DNA of 64,000 nucleotides from a virus. Its lineage: Duplodnaviria > Caudoviricetes. Positions 28,525-38,913 of this stretch are shown one piece after another. Made by a program: the position numbers and the translations under genes. The stretch spans positions 25,743-89,742 of the IMG/VR virus record IMGVR_UViG_2663762783_000006. One strand, written 5' to 3'. Each line of letters begins with the position of its first letter. The stretch's first letter is position 1. Below the pieces are notes generated by a model. That model did no database searches. It saw only the letters and a list, made by a program, of their open reading frames with translations, and was not told the DNA's origin.

Positions 28525-28590
28525 GTTGGTATCAGCCTGCTAGCGTACAGCACGCGCTCTGCTGCCGTCCTGCTAGCAGGGTGCTGTATT
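28525..28590. promoter_or_regulatory. TGCTAGC(A) repeats upstream of parA: putative centromere/operator
   Basis: TGCTAGCG at 28538 and TGCTAGCA at 28571; same 8-bp palindrome at 24485, 29833, 32225, 32317, 54726. Confidence 0.5.
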
Positions 28591-28977
28591 TCACACGGTT
28601 GTGTTGAACTTGCCAAGCATCGGCGATAGCGGGGCCATCATTGCCTTGTGCAAGTCTTCCGCGATGCGGGCCTGCTGGAACTCAATCAGGGCTTCGAATA
28701 CCTCGGCCAGCGCCTCATTAGACGTCAGGCTCTGAGCCAAGTAGGCGCGGTAGGCAGCCTGTACTAGGGTGTTATTAGGATATGCGCCAGCCAGGTTCGA
28801 CAGTAGGCGCGTGCTATCGCGGTCGTTACCGGCCCGCATGAAGTCACCACAGCGCACCACTGACACGCCGTCGCGATCCCTGGCAATGACCGGCATGGCC
28901 TCAAACGGCAGGTGCGAGCAGTTACGCAAAGCATGGGCGCACGTCACGCACATGCTGCCCTTTGGTCTGTGTTTCAT
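28591..28977 (-). CDS. Hypothetical protein
   Basis: PKGSMC..C.H....CS.LPF..MP motif common in phages. Confidence 0.55.
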   Translation of the reverse strand: MKHRPKGSMCVTCAHALRNCSHLPFEAMPVIARDRDGVSVVRCGDFMRAGNDRDSTRLLSNLAGAYPNNTLVQAAYRAYLAQSLTSNEALAEVFEALIEFQQARIAEDLHKAMMAPLSPMLGKFNTTV

Positions 28978-28978
28978 G

Positions 28979-29473
28979 CTACCGACTCCCCTTCGCTTTG
29001 AATGCCTCGTCCAGTACGGCAAGCACAATCTCTACGCCATTGCTATCGGTCGCATCATGGGCAAAGTTCTTTAGCGCCTCATGAACGGCAGGCAGATTGG
29101 CGATGCGCTCGGCCTCGGCCCAATCAGGGGCGTTACCACGCTCGGGCCGCCTGTAAATGGTCGCCCCAAGCGCCAGCGCCTCTACTCCAGCAAGGGGAGC
29201 CGTCTTGCCTCGGTTTGCAAGCGCTTCCAGCAGGTCTAACAAAGCGCGCTGACGGTTTAAATCAAGACTGTCCTCTGTAAAGCGACTCACCTCGATACCG
29301 GACGGCTTGTGTACCAGGCGAACGCCCTTTCTCGGCCCAGGGCGAAGCGCGCTCTCATTTACCGCATCAAAAACGTGTACCTCTACGTCGCCTTGCGGAA
29401 AGGCGATGGAGCCGCCTGGCATGGTCAGTGCCTCCGGCCCAAAATCAACCGGCTTGCCTGTTTCTTCGGTCAT
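28979..29473 (-). CDS. Peptide-chain-release-factor (RF-1 domain 3)-like protein lacking GGQ
   Basis: GVRLVHKPSGIEV....E.S...NRQRAL resembles RF1/RF2 AIRITHLPTGIVV.CQ.ERSQ..NK..A. Confidence 0.55.
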   Translation of the reverse strand: MTEETGKPVDFGPEALTMPGGSIAFPQGDVEVHVFDAVNESALRPGPRKGVRLVHKPSGIEVSRFTEDSLDLNRQRALLDLLEALANRGKTAPLAGVEALALGATIYRRPERGNAPDWAEAERIANLPAVHEALKNFAHDATDSNGVEIVLAVLDEAFKAKGSR

Positions 29474-29769
29474 GCTACTTGCTCCCCTGTATCGCCTAGC
29501 GCGCGGGTAGCCTGGCGGCGCTGCTTGGCTTCGTCTAGTGAAGTTTTCTTGAATGGCTCGATGCGCTCAATCTTGAATTGCTTGCCGTACTTGGGGTGCT
29601 TTTCCCATGCGCCGAACAAGGTCAGCTCTACGGTTTTACGTGGAGCTGGCGCGTTCTTACCCTCGAATACGGCAGTAAAGAATTTAGGCCCATTGGCGCG
29701 GGCTTTGTAGAGCGAATACGTGGCGTCAGCGTTCTGATAAAAGCGGTCAGTCAGCTTGCAGATAATCAT
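29470..29769 (-). CDS. Stand-alone RecD2/YrrC N-terminal OB-like domain protein
   Basis: FYQN.D..YS...., L.L.G.WE.HPKYG.QFKI motif. Confidence 0.55.
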   Translation of the reverse strand: MIICKLTDRFYQNADATYSLYKARANGPKFFTAVFEGKNAPAPRKTVELTLFGAWEKHPKYGKQFKIERIEPFKKTSLDEAKQRRQATRALGDTGEQVA

Positions 29770-29871
29770 ATCCACGGTCGGGCAGTCCTCTGGCTGGAAG
29801 TGCCCAGACAATAGCACATTGCGCCAGCAGGGTGCTAGCACAGTGCATACAGAGTGCTAACGGTATGCAGG

Positions 29872-29997
29872 CTAAGCGCTAGCGCCTAAATCAGCCTCGG
29901 CGGCGTGTATCAGGATCGTGTAATAGGCCATTGCAGGCCGGTCGTTCAGGGCGCGGTAGTAGCGGCGGGCACGGTACAGCTTGAGCAGTTCGGACAT
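29872..29997 (-). CDS. 41-aa small protein not in the ORF track
   Basis: MSELLKLYRARRYYRALNDRPAMAYYTILIHAAEADLGASA*, GGAG SD, behind late-type promoter 30022-30062. Confidence 0.55.
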   Translation of the reverse strand: MSELLKLYRARRYYRALNDRPAMAYYTILIHAAEADLGASA

Positions 29998-30064
29998 GGC
30001 GGGCTCCAGGTGAGTCCGCCAAGCGTAGGGGAGGCAGGCAAGCGCCAGCGCGGGCGCTTTCCCG

Positions 30065-31021
30065 TTATACGGCTACTGGCGCTTTGATGGCGGGGTGAGG
30101 GTCATAGCCGGTCAAAGTGAAGTCGTCGAACGTATAGTCGAACAGGCTTTTAACGCTCGGGTTTAGCGTCATCTTGGGCAGCGGCTTGGGCTCTCGCTTA
30201 AGCTGCGTTTCGACCTGCTGGATATGGTTGGCATACAGATGAACGTCACCACCCGTCCAGATGAACTCACCTGGCGCGTGCCCCGTCTGAGCGGCCACCA
30301 TCATCGTCAGGAGCGCGTAGGAGGCGATATTGAACGGAACCCCAAGGAAGGTATCGGCAGAGCGCTGATAGAGCTGGCAGGACAGCACACGACGCGGTAC
30401 GCCATGCTCATCCAGGTAGGCAGCAACAGGGCCGTCAGGCGTTACCCAATCGGTCGCGATCCATCCGCGCTCATGACAGGCGTCAGTAGAGAAGTCGATA
30501 CCAGGATAAAGACTCTTGTCGTCCGATACCTTAAGGCGCTGGCCTACGCTCATCTCACGGCTGTAAAACTGGAACAGGGCATGACATGGCGGCAGGGCCA
30601 TCTCATCCACCAGGGCAGGGTTCCAGGCCGATACGATCAAGCGGCGCGAATCAGGGTTGGCCTTTATCTGCTCGATGACGTTGGTAATCTGATCGATACT
30701 GCGCCCATCTGGCGCTGGCCAGCTGCGCCACTGGTAGCCGTAGACCGGCCCAAGGTTGCCGTTCTCGTCGGCCCACTCATCCCATATCGAAACGCCGTTC
30801 TCCTTGAGGTACGCGATATTGGTATCGCCACGCAGGAACCACAGCAGCTCATGAATGATAGAGCGCACGTGACACGCCTTGGTTGTGACCAGGGGGAAGC
30901 CTTCCGCTAGGTCGAAACGCATCTGATAGCCGAACACGCTATAGGTGCCCGTTCCGGTGCGGTCGTCTTTGAACGCGCCCTTTTCGTAAATGTGGCTTAA
31001 CAGGTCAAGGTACTGCTTCAT
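30065..31021 (-). CDS. thyA: Thymidylate synthase (with ~55-aa insertion)
   Basis: [46 protein letters not shown]. Confidence 0.95.
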   Translation of the reverse strand: MKQYLDLLSHIYEKGAFKDDRTGTGTYSVFGYQMRFDLAEGFPLVTTKACHVRSIIHELLWFLRGDTNIAYLKENGVSIWDEWADENGNLGPVYGYQWRSWPAPDGRSIDQITNVIEQIKANPDSRRLIVSAWNPALVDEMALPPCHALFQFYSREMSVGQRLKVSDDKSLYPGIDFSTDACHERGWIATDWVTPDGPVAAYLDEHGVPRRVLSCQLYQRSADTFLGVPFNIASYALLTMMVAAQTGHAPGEFIWTGGDVHLYANHIQQVETQLKREPKPLPKMTLNPSVKSLFDYTFDDFTLTGYDPHPAIKAPVAV

Positions 31022-31024
31022 GGT

Positions 31025-33900
31025 CTATTCCTTGGGCTCGATTAGCTTGCGTAGAGCTTCGATATCCTCGTAAAGCTCGTGCGCGACGTTTCGACCGTTC
31101 ACATGGTCGCGATAGGTCTCCGTAAGGTTGCCTTCGATATGGCTATCAATGGCCTGGCGCAAACCATTCAGCTCCTTGGTTAGCCGCTCATAGCGCTGGT
31201 CTCGGATTAGGATGGACTCCTTCGCAGCGCTTAGCCTGCCTTCTGCTGTAATGGCACGAAGGCGCATATCGTCCAGCTCCTGCGCAAGGTCAGAACTCTT
31301 AGCAACCAGGTCACTTATGCGCTCAGCGCCTTGCGCTATTTGTTCGCACAGCGACTGATTTTCTTCCTCCAGTCGCTTAACCTCGCCCGCTTGCAGCTCC
31401 TGCCCGTCGGCATAGCCTTCGTCGTATATCTTTTGATTCATAGTGCTATCTTAGTGCTCGCAAGTGGCTTGCTTAGTGGTATCAGTCTGCTAGCTTTCTC
31501 ATGCGCTTGGCAAAGTCGCCAGGGTAGCGATAGAACAAGCGGCGAGCGCCCTCGGTTTCTCGGTAGACGGCCAGCATCGTCATGCCTTCTTCGCGGGCCT
31601 CGCCTGCCGGTATCGCATCGCCTAGCAACTCATAGGAGCCACCTTTGCCGATACACTCAAAGCGCTTGAGGTTTGCACCAGACAGCTGGCGCAAGTCACT
31701 GGCTTGGATCATGACCGGACAGGCCAGGCTCTCAAGATGGTCCGTGCCGTCGCCTTGCCAGGCCCAAAACTCTTTATTGGCCTGAGCAATAGCCAGGTCG
31801 TATGCCTTGCGGTGTCGCGCCACCTCATTCTCTAGCGTCTCGACAGTGTCGCGGTGCTTGCGCTGGTGGAGCTTGGCGCGGGTATGGCTTTTTTCCAGGT
31901 TGATGATTAGGGCGTGCATAGAATCAACGGCAAACGGGTCTAGCCTCACCTGCGGAAGTAGCCGCTTAACGGCTGCGTTAAGCGCATCCGCTGCCACCAT
32001 AAAGTCATTAACGGCTTCGCTTGCCGGATCGATGCGCGACGCCTGGCCATCAGCGAAGCCCTTGGCATAGATGGCATTAAGCATGTCGTGCAGGTCGCAC
32101 GACTCTGCCAGGAAGGTGCGGCATTCTTCATCCGACAGCGTCGGAGCAGGACTCTTATCAGTCATGGCGGGAACCTTTGAGGAAGAATGACCGGCACCAC
32201 TGCGGTGCCAGTCCGGTATCACTATGCTAGCACAATGCATGCAGCATGCTAGCTTTATTAGTTATCGCCTGGCGACTTCAATGGAATAGCGGGTTGCTGG
32301 TGCTCCGCCTGCTCAGTGCTAGCACCTTGCTTGCTCAATGCTGCCTCTATCGCCTCGGGCAGCTTGTGCCCGTCATACGGCATAACGCCATGCTGCATCA
32401 GCACGCGCCAGGCTTGGCCTATGACCTGGCCATAGCGCTCGGCAGAGTGGTGCCAGTGACTCACGGTGCAGCCCTGGTACGTCAGATTGCCTACGCTGGC
32501 CTCCTCGTCGGTTTCGCCCGCTGGCTGAGGTGTCAGGTCAAGCGGCAGCGTATTGGTAGCAAAGGCCGTTTGCAGCAGCTCCAGGGCTATGTTTGCATCC
32601 TCATTGGCGCGCAGGGAGACGCACGCGCCAACAATGGCCGATTCCAGGTGCTCGATACGGGCCTTAAGGGCGCTTTCGTTGCTCATTGGCCGCTATCCTT
32701 GTGCTGGCTTCCTGCTGGCGCAGTGGTAGCAGGCTGCTGGTGTATCAGCACGTTCTCTACCAGTGCGTGCAGCTCGCGAACGGCAATCATCTCCTTAGCG
32801 CTTTTCGGCTTGAGATGCGCCAGCAGCTTGCGCACACGAATAGCCATGTCTTCCACGGTCATGGCACGACTTGTTGCTTCGGTCATCAAATTTACTCCAG
32901 CGAAGGTTATTTGTTTGAACAGGTAGGGCAGGGGCCTATACCGCTGTATTGCGTCAGGACAGAACGCAAGTCGTTGCATGTAGGGCAGACGTTGCCCGCT
33001 ATGCCAAGCTGCTTTTGCAGCTGTACAACCAAGTCGCCCAGGTCATTCAGCAGAAAGAACAGCTGAGCCCAGCCAGGCGCGGCACCAGGTTCGAGCAATC
33101 CCGCCTTGATAGCGGTATCGGTTACGGCCTGCGCCAGGTACTGGCATTTGTCGCCTTCGGCCTGAATGGCTGATTCGAGCAAGTGACTTGCGGTCATGGC
33201 GTTCAAGGGGTGACGTCCTTCCGGTCTCTGCCGGTTACTTGTTCAGCTGCTCAATCTGCGCCAGCGCCCAGGCGCGGGGCCACTGGACATAGCGGGCGCG
33301 GTCTAGTCTGCGCTTCCAATCGACATGCGCATGGTTAGCCCTATTCGGAATCGTTGCATCAGCGCTCGTATAGCGCTCGGGTCGGGGAGCGTCACTCCCA
33401 TCGATATAAGGCATTGGCTCAGGCTCGTCAGGCTCAGGCTTAAACCAGGGTTGCGGCTCAGCTGGCGCATGGGCCATGAAGTAGGCCAGCAGGCTCATAC
33501 CCGCGTCTTTGTCGCTACCGTCAGTGGTCTGGTTAGGGAAGGCAGGGTGTGTCGGCCTATTGGGATAGGCTTGGTCGTGCTGGCTTGCAGTCATGGCGGT
33601 AATCTCGGATGAAGGATTGAACAGGTCTAGCTGCTCCTCGTCGCGTCTTACACGCGGCGCGGGCTTAGGCTTTCGGGTTTTCCTGGCCTTGCGGCGGGCA
33701 CGCTTGTCGGCAATGCCCTGGCGCTTGGCCTCGATCCGCTCGGGCGTTATCGGGTCGCCTGGCTTGTAACCACGCTCCACAACGATCAAGCGGCGAATGT
33801 AGCTATCGGATAGCTCCTCTCGGGACTTGGCCAGGGCGTTCGCGGTGTGGCTTTTCTTGGCTTCGCGGCGCGCCTCTGGCGTTCGCTTAACTCTCGGCAT
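31025..33900 (-). CDS. Run of hypothetical proteins (31025..31441, 31482..32165, 32258..32686, 32683..32886, 32907..33206, 33235..33900)
   Basis: Co-oriented, tightly packed ORFs; 31482..32165 ends in a KGG.Y...VYR...YR...F (DUF1653-like) domain. Confidence 0.5.
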
Positions 33901-34678
33901 CGGCGTCGCTCTCAAGCGCCAGCACGTCAGCGCCAGCAGATGCAACGCCAGGATTTATAACGGCCCTCTCTCCGGCCAGCATGCCTGCATACTGCGAAAA
34001 CGGATCAAGGTCAGGGGTTCTTGTGTCGCGAGCCTTCTTAATGACGCGGCCAGCCAGGTAGGCATCAATCAGCGCCTTATCGTTGGATTCAATGGCAATC
34101 AGGGCTTTTGAGTCGCTGGCGCTCACCTGCTCGGGCTCGCCATCCTCTCCCGTCGGCACCAGGGCGCGAATTTTCTCCTCAACAGCGTACAGCCAGCCAA
34201 TGGCAAAGTGATTGCCCTGCGTTTCGGGCGTCGGACGCTGACGACCGCGCATAGAACGGATATCGGCAACATAGCTGGCGCGGGCCTTCTTAAGCTGACG
34301 ATACAGCGACTCATAGGCGTACTTGGCAATCTCGGGCGCAGGGTTGACGCCAATGAATACCGCAAGCTTTACCCTGCAACCTTTTGCGTCGCTCCAGGTG
34401 GAACGATCCAGCACGCGACAGCCAAACACGTCGCCTACCAGAGTAGACAGCGCCATATCCCATAGCGGGCGGCGAGCCATCTCGATATCAGACTTGGTTT
34501 CGCCCACGTCCGAGACCTTTACGTCCATATCGGTTAGACGGAACTTGCGCATAAGGGCCTGAGCCTGGCGCATGGCGGCAGCGGCCTCGTGCTCGTTGGC
34601 GCTCTTGGATAGCGCCAGACAATGCTTGATCTTGCGCATGATCCGGTCGCGTTCTTTAGGGTCTAGTTCAGTCATCAC
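33887..34678 (-). CDS. DUF2786 domain protein
   Basis: KIKHCLALSKSANEHEAAAAMRQAQALMRK. Confidence 0.8.
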   Translation of the reverse strand: MMTELDPKERDRIMRKIKHCLALSKSANEHEAAAAMRQAQALMRKFRLTDMDVKVSDVGETKSDIEMARRPLWDMALSTLVGDVFGCRVLDRSTWSDAKGCRVKLAVFIGVNPAPEIAKYAYESLYRQLKKARASYVADIRSMRGRQRPTPETQGNHFAIGWLYAVEEKIRALVPTGEDGEPEQVSASDSKALIAIESNDKALIDAYLAGRVIKKARDTRTPDLDPFSQYAGMLAGERAVINPGVASAGADVLALESDADAES

Positions 34679-35052
34679 TAGGGCTCGATACCAGTTTCGA
34701 AGAATCCCAGCTGCCCACGCATGGGCGTAAAGGGCAGGGGTTTAGGGTTGGCCAGCTCAAAGCCGATATGGCCAGTCATGTACCAGGGGGAATCGTGGCG
34801 CTCGTGGCAGTTCACCAGGTCAACCATTCCCACAATGCCGCCGCGCTGTAATTGCTCCATTGGCGGGGGCAGCGTCAAGTTTCGCTCAATGCAGTAGCGG
34901 CGCACGAAACCGTATTCCGCTTTTGTCATGCCCTTGGATGCGTGAATTAGGAAAGCCCCACGGTGCTTGGTGTACCAGGTGCGATTTTCTATGATCTTCC
35001 CGCCGTGGACGATTAGCCAGGCCCAGGGTTGCCGGATTGACAGCGCTCTCAT
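34678..35052 (-). CDS. ASCH domain protein
   Basis: ALSIRQPWAWLIV.G.K.IENR.W.T.HRG..LIHA. Confidence 0.9.
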   Translation of the reverse strand: MRALSIRQPWAWLIVHGGKIIENRTWYTKHRGAFLIHASKGMTKAEYGFVRRYCIERNLTLPPPMEQLQRGGIVGMVDLVNCHERHDSPWYMTGHIGFELANPKPLPFTPMRGQLGFFETGIEP

Positions 35053-35807
35053 TGGGCGGACTCGGCAGCGTCGCCAGGCCACCAGGCGGAAGCCATTGCC
35101 GACGTATACGCATCTATCAAGCTTTCAAGCGACGCTTGCTCTTTTTCAAACAGCTTTTTGTAGTGCTCGCCTGGCTTGAAGGGCGAAGGAATCACGCTCA
35201 CGACTGGCGCTTTACCCGCCTCATCCATAGCGATACGGTTACGACACTGGCGCTCAGCCGCCTCTTTGCTTTCGCAGGGCGTGCTTATGCCTGTCTCGGC
35301 GTTATGAACGGCCCATAGCGCCTCGGTCGGCTCGTTGACCGTGGACGCCTGTAGCAGCTTTGTCTGCACCTGGTAGTGCGCCAGCAGCGCGTCGTAATGC
35401 TCGGTCTTCTCCTCGGCCATGATGCGGTAATGCTCGGCAGGCTCCCAAGGCGACGGGATCACCTCAACGACAGGCTCAACATAGTGCTCAAGCTGCTCCG
35501 TGTCCCTAAAGTAGCTATTGCACGAGTCAATAATCGCCTGGCGTGCCTTCTCTGCATCCTCCTTGCTGGCGCAGGGATAGGTTTCGTTAGGTCCTACGCT
35601 ATGAATAGCCCACAACTGGACAGCAGGCTCACGCAAGCGCAGGTCAAGGCCGCGCGCATGCTCAGGTATAGCGCCGGTATCCTCCAGGGCCTTAAGGATC
35701 GTTTCGACGTCGCTACGCAGCAGGGTGACGACTTCTTGCGCAGGCTCAGGCGGCGCAAAGAAGGCTTCCATAGTCTGACTCATAGCGTTTTGTGGTTGGT
35801 CACTCAT
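35049..35807 (-). CDS. Hypothetical protein with an internally duplicated domain
   Basis: LWA.H......PC.SKE.AE and V.VIPSP..P.EHY each occur twice. Confidence 0.55.
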   Translation of the reverse strand: MSDQPQNAMSQTMEAFFAPPEPAQEVVTLLRSDVETILKALEDTGAIPEHARGLDLRLREPAVQLWAIHSVGPNETYPCASKEDAEKARQAIIDSCNSYFRDTEQLEHYVEPVVEVIPSPWEPAEHYRIMAEEKTEHYDALLAHYQVQTKLLQASTVNEPTEALWAVHNAETGISTPCESKEAAERQCRNRIAMDEAGKAPVVSVIPSPFKPGEHYKKLFEKEQASLESLIDAYTSAMASAWWPGDAAESAQ

Positions 35808-35817
35808 ACTGCATACC

Positions 35818-36540
35818 TCAGAAAGGATTGAAGTGAACAAAGACGGGCAGGTACACATGCTGCGCGGTCTCGATGGAGTCGGCCTCGCCATCCCAGCACT
35901 GGCGCTCGCTATCCCAGCTACGCCGCTCGAAATCGAATTGACAGTCCATATCAGGCGAGCCGTCGGCATGGGCTGAGCAGCCGAATAGGTTGCCGTCAGC
36001 ATCAAGGCCCGCATAGGTATCGCCAACGTGCAGCAGCTGGCCTGGCTTGGCTTCTAGCAAGTGGCGATAGGCCGCCAGCACGCCGTCAAACGTGGCCAGG
36101 TCATAAACAGGGTTCGGGTTGATAGGCTCCATAATGACCGGCTCAAGCACCAGGGCAGGCGGCAGGCATTGGGCAGGGGTTTCGATAGCGGCAGCAGCGG
36201 CCAGCACAGCATCGGCAGCAGCCTCAAGGTATTCGCGCTGGCGCTCAAACGGGGCGTAGTGGTCAGTGTTAAAGCCGACCATCTGGCGCGCGGCGTCGTC
36301 CAAGTGCTCTTTAACGGCGACTGACAGCGGGTCTTGAAAGTCAGCCAGCATACCGGCCAGGACTTCGGTCTTACGCACCAGGTTCTTAACCATCAGCAGC
36401 TGAACAAAGCTTGAAACAGCGCCTCCCACCAGAGTTACACCGTTACGGGCTTGGGCTTCGATCCGTTCAAGGTCTGGCTTCATCTTAAGAACGGGCGAGC
36501 AAGTGGCTTGCGCTAGTTGGGGGAGGTTGAGACTGCTCAT
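35818..36540 (-). CDS. Hypothetical protein
   Basis: 240 aa, first gene after the operator pair 36552-36602. Confidence 0.55.
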   Translation of the reverse strand: MSSLNLPQLAQATCSPVLKMKPDLERIEAQARNGVTLVGGAVSSFVQLLMVKNLVRKTEVLAGMLADFQDPLSVAVKEHLDDAARQMVGFNTDHYAPFERQREYLEAAADAVLAAAAAIETPAQCLPPALVLEPVIMEPINPNPVYDLATFDGVLAAYRHLLEAKPGQLLHVGDTYAGLDADGNLFGCSAHADGSPDMDCQFDFERRSWDSERQCWDGEADSIETAQHVYLPVFVHFNPF

Positions 36541-36640
36541 GCTTCACCTAATGCGAAGTTATTGCGCTATATTGCGCCGGAAAGTAACGCAATAATTTCA
36601 CATTAGAGGGAGGCTTGTCTAGTATCTTTTGATAACAAAT

Positions 36641-37327
36641 TTAGGCCATTTTGCGGGGCGGGGCCTTCATCCGTTCTTCCCGCTGGTACAAGGCCAGCTC
36701 CCTGCGCAGCGCCTTGGATCGTTCGCGCTCCTGCTCAAGCGCTTCATGCAGGCTTTTGTTCATACGAAACAGCTCGCGGCGGTCCTGGTTGGCCTTCTCT
36801 ACGTCGCCGACACGCGCCAGCAGAGTGATTAGCAGCCAGGTTTCCCGCTCCCGATTACAGTCCTCCCAGCGCCAGGCAGCCTGCTGGTCACGCAACTCCT
36901 GATAGCCCAGCTTGCGGGCGGCCTTCATCGCGCCAGCCACAACGCGGCAGATGCCGCCAGGGGTTACGTCGATCAATCCCCACCCCTCGGGCAGCTCCTC
37001 GGGCTTAATCAGGCCAGCCGGTGCCATGAAATAGCGCCAGCTGCCCATTCCGCCTGCCTGGCGGTGCGGTTTCTTCTTATCGGCAAGAAAGTCAGAACGT
37101 GAAACCTTTGCTTCGATAACGGTTGAGGCGGTGCCGTCATGGGCCAGGGTGAACCCTATGGCGTCGGGTATCTCGCCGCCCCATCCGCCAGCCACTTCAC
37201 TGACAGCCACGGTACAGTTTGGGCCGCCTGCGCTATTTGCGCGTTTAAGCCACGTAACGGCCAAACTGCATAGGCTGGCATGGGTTAGACCGTGATCGTT
37301 CAATCTGCGCGCTCGCTGGGCCTTCAT
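36641..37327 (-). CDS. MmcB-like PD-(D/E)xK nuclease-fold protein
   Basis: E.PDAIG, IEAKVSRSDFLAD.KKPHR, G..RY..AP.GLI...ELP.GWGL. Confidence 0.7.
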   Translation of the reverse strand: MKAQRARRLNDHGLTHASLCSLAVTWLKRANSAGGPNCTVAVSEVAGGWGGEIPDAIGFTLAHDGTASTVIEAKVSRSDFLADKKKPHRQAGGMGSWRYFMAPAGLIKPEELPEGWGLIDVTPGGICRVVAGAMKAARKLGYQELRDQQAAWRWEDCNRERETWLLITLLARVGDVEKANQDRRELFRMNKSLHEALEQERERSKALRRELALYQREERMKAPPRKMA

Positions 37328-38235
37328 TTGATGTCCCTGAGCATTGCTTTAAGCTCGTCACGGCGCTTTTCCACTTCCAAGCGGCCTTTAAGGGCATTCT
37401 CAGCGGCTTTTTCGTAGATAGCGTCCAGCTTATCGGGATCAAGCACAGCCACTACCTTGGCTTCTTCCGGCTCAGTCAGCTTGAGGATGCGGTACAGCAG
37501 GTCTCGGGCCTTGGTCTGGTCATGGGTCAGCACCTCGATGCCGTCCTTGGTCTGCTTCACGCCTGCATACAGCAGCTGCGCAGCCGGTGACAGGTCGCGG
37601 GTGTCCTTGAGCACCAGGCGGTCGATGCCCTCGCCAAAGCATTCAGGGCAGCTTTCAATCGGCGGCCTGCGTGGGTCATAGCCAATACCGCCTTTCGGGT
37701 CGAAGTCTGGCGGCTCTATCTCGTCACGAATGGCCTTCTTAACGGCCTCCTCGTAGTCGTCCTGGTGCCTTTTGAACTCGGCAGGCTTGAATTGGTACTC
37801 GTGATTCTCGCCATAGCAGTGGCGGCAGCACTCGCGGCGATGCTCGGTCAGTTCGTTAGGATCGGCAAAGGCCAGGCCAACAATGGATTGGAGCGCCCTG
37901 GTGCGTAGGTCCTCGGAGTCGTCGAACATGGCCTTGGTTCGAAGTGCCAGTAGGCGAATGACGTTTACCGTTTTTAACAAACGGCCTCCCAAAACACAGG
38001 CTGAATTAGGCGTCACAGCCTCGAATCCAGCGGCCTGGTAGGCTTTTGTTTGGTTATACGTCTGTAGGTACGCATCCACGAACTTAACGTGCCGTGGGTC
38101 CATGTCAGCGACGAGTATTTGCTCCTCGGTGAGCTTTACCGGCTCTATGGGCGTGGCCTGGGCTTGTGGCTTCTTGGTCGTGGTCTTACGTGGCTTGGGT
38201 TTAGCAGTGGCCTGGCCTGACTTCTTGGCTGCCAT
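37324..38235 (-). CDS. Terminase small subunit
   Basis: FVD.YL...N.T.AY..AG HTH; CRHCYG and CPECFG; KDTR.LS....LYAGVK.TKDG.E. Confidence 0.8.
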   Translation of the reverse strand: MAAKKSGQATAKPKPRKTTTKKPQAQATPIEPVKLTEEQILVADMDPRHVKFVDAYLQTYNQTKAYQAAGFEAVTPNSACVLGGRLLKTVNVIRLLALRTKAMFDDSEDLRTRALQSIVGLAFADPNELTEHRRECCRHCYGENHEYQFKPAEFKRHQDDYEEAVKKAIRDEIEPPDFDPKGGIGYDPRRPPIESCPECFGEGIDRLVLKDTRDLSPAAQLLYAGVKQTKDGIEVLTHDQTKARDLLYRILKLTEPEEAKVVAVLDPDKLDAIYEKAAENALKGRLEVEKRRDELKAMLRDIK

Positions 38236-38487
38236 GTGCATCGATCCTATGAACAGAAAGGGGAGGGTTGCCATGTGTTGCCGCAGACATGGCACCGCTG
38301 GAGATTCACGAATGAACCGGCGCTTCCTGTTTCTTTACCGACGTTGTACGCCCTCAATGAGGCAAGCCAATGCCGCATCGACGTTTTGAGTGTTCGGCTC
38401 GGCTAATACTCGGTCATAGGTGAGCAGGCACACCAGGCAGCCAGGGTATAGCGGTGCCGGTGTGCGCTTTGGCGGGACTTTCCGAGG

Positions 38488-38910
38488 TTAGAACGAAAGG
38501 AGGGAGACGCGGCGGAAGGGGTTTACGGCCTTGAGGATACACAGGTACACGAGCCTGGCCAGGATCATGTCAACGCATACGGTAGTGATGATTATTTGGG
38601 TAGGCGTGATAGTTGGACAGCTAGAGGCTGGTATTACACCGCTGGCCAGGTCCAATACGTCAGTGCAGATAGCTGCCATGAGGAATACCGACGCTATCAG
38701 GTACGCCATACGCAGCAGGTGAAAGCCTGACCGTGTGTTATCGGTACGGCGCAGGACTTTGCGGGCCTGGCTTGGCTTCATCCATATGCGGGCATCTGTT
38801 ACCAGGTACAGCGCAGCGCCTTCAATCTCAAGGCGTGTGCCGCACGGTAGCGTGGTCTGGCTGTATGCCTCGGACGCGCTCATGGTCGATAGGCGCTTAA
38901 ACAGGCTCAT
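38488..38910 (-). CDS. Hypothetical membrane protein
   Basis: Two hydrophobic segments. Confidence 0.45.
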   Translation of the reverse strand: MSLFKRLSTMSASEAYSQTTLPCGTRLEIEGAALYLVTDARIWMKPSQARKVLRRTDNTRSGFHLLRMAYLIASVFLMAAICTDVLDLASGVIPASSCPTITPTQIIITTVCVDMILARLVYLCILKAVNPFRRVSLLSF

Positions 38911-38913
38911 GAC

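Noticed and set aside
30400-30565. Insertion in thyA as an intein or intron
   Set aside because: In-frame ~55 aa with no splicing motifs; similar loops occur in phage thymidylate synthases
37324-38440. P1-type pac site with clustered GATC repeats
   Set aside because: No GATC cluster seen in or upstream of the small terminase gene
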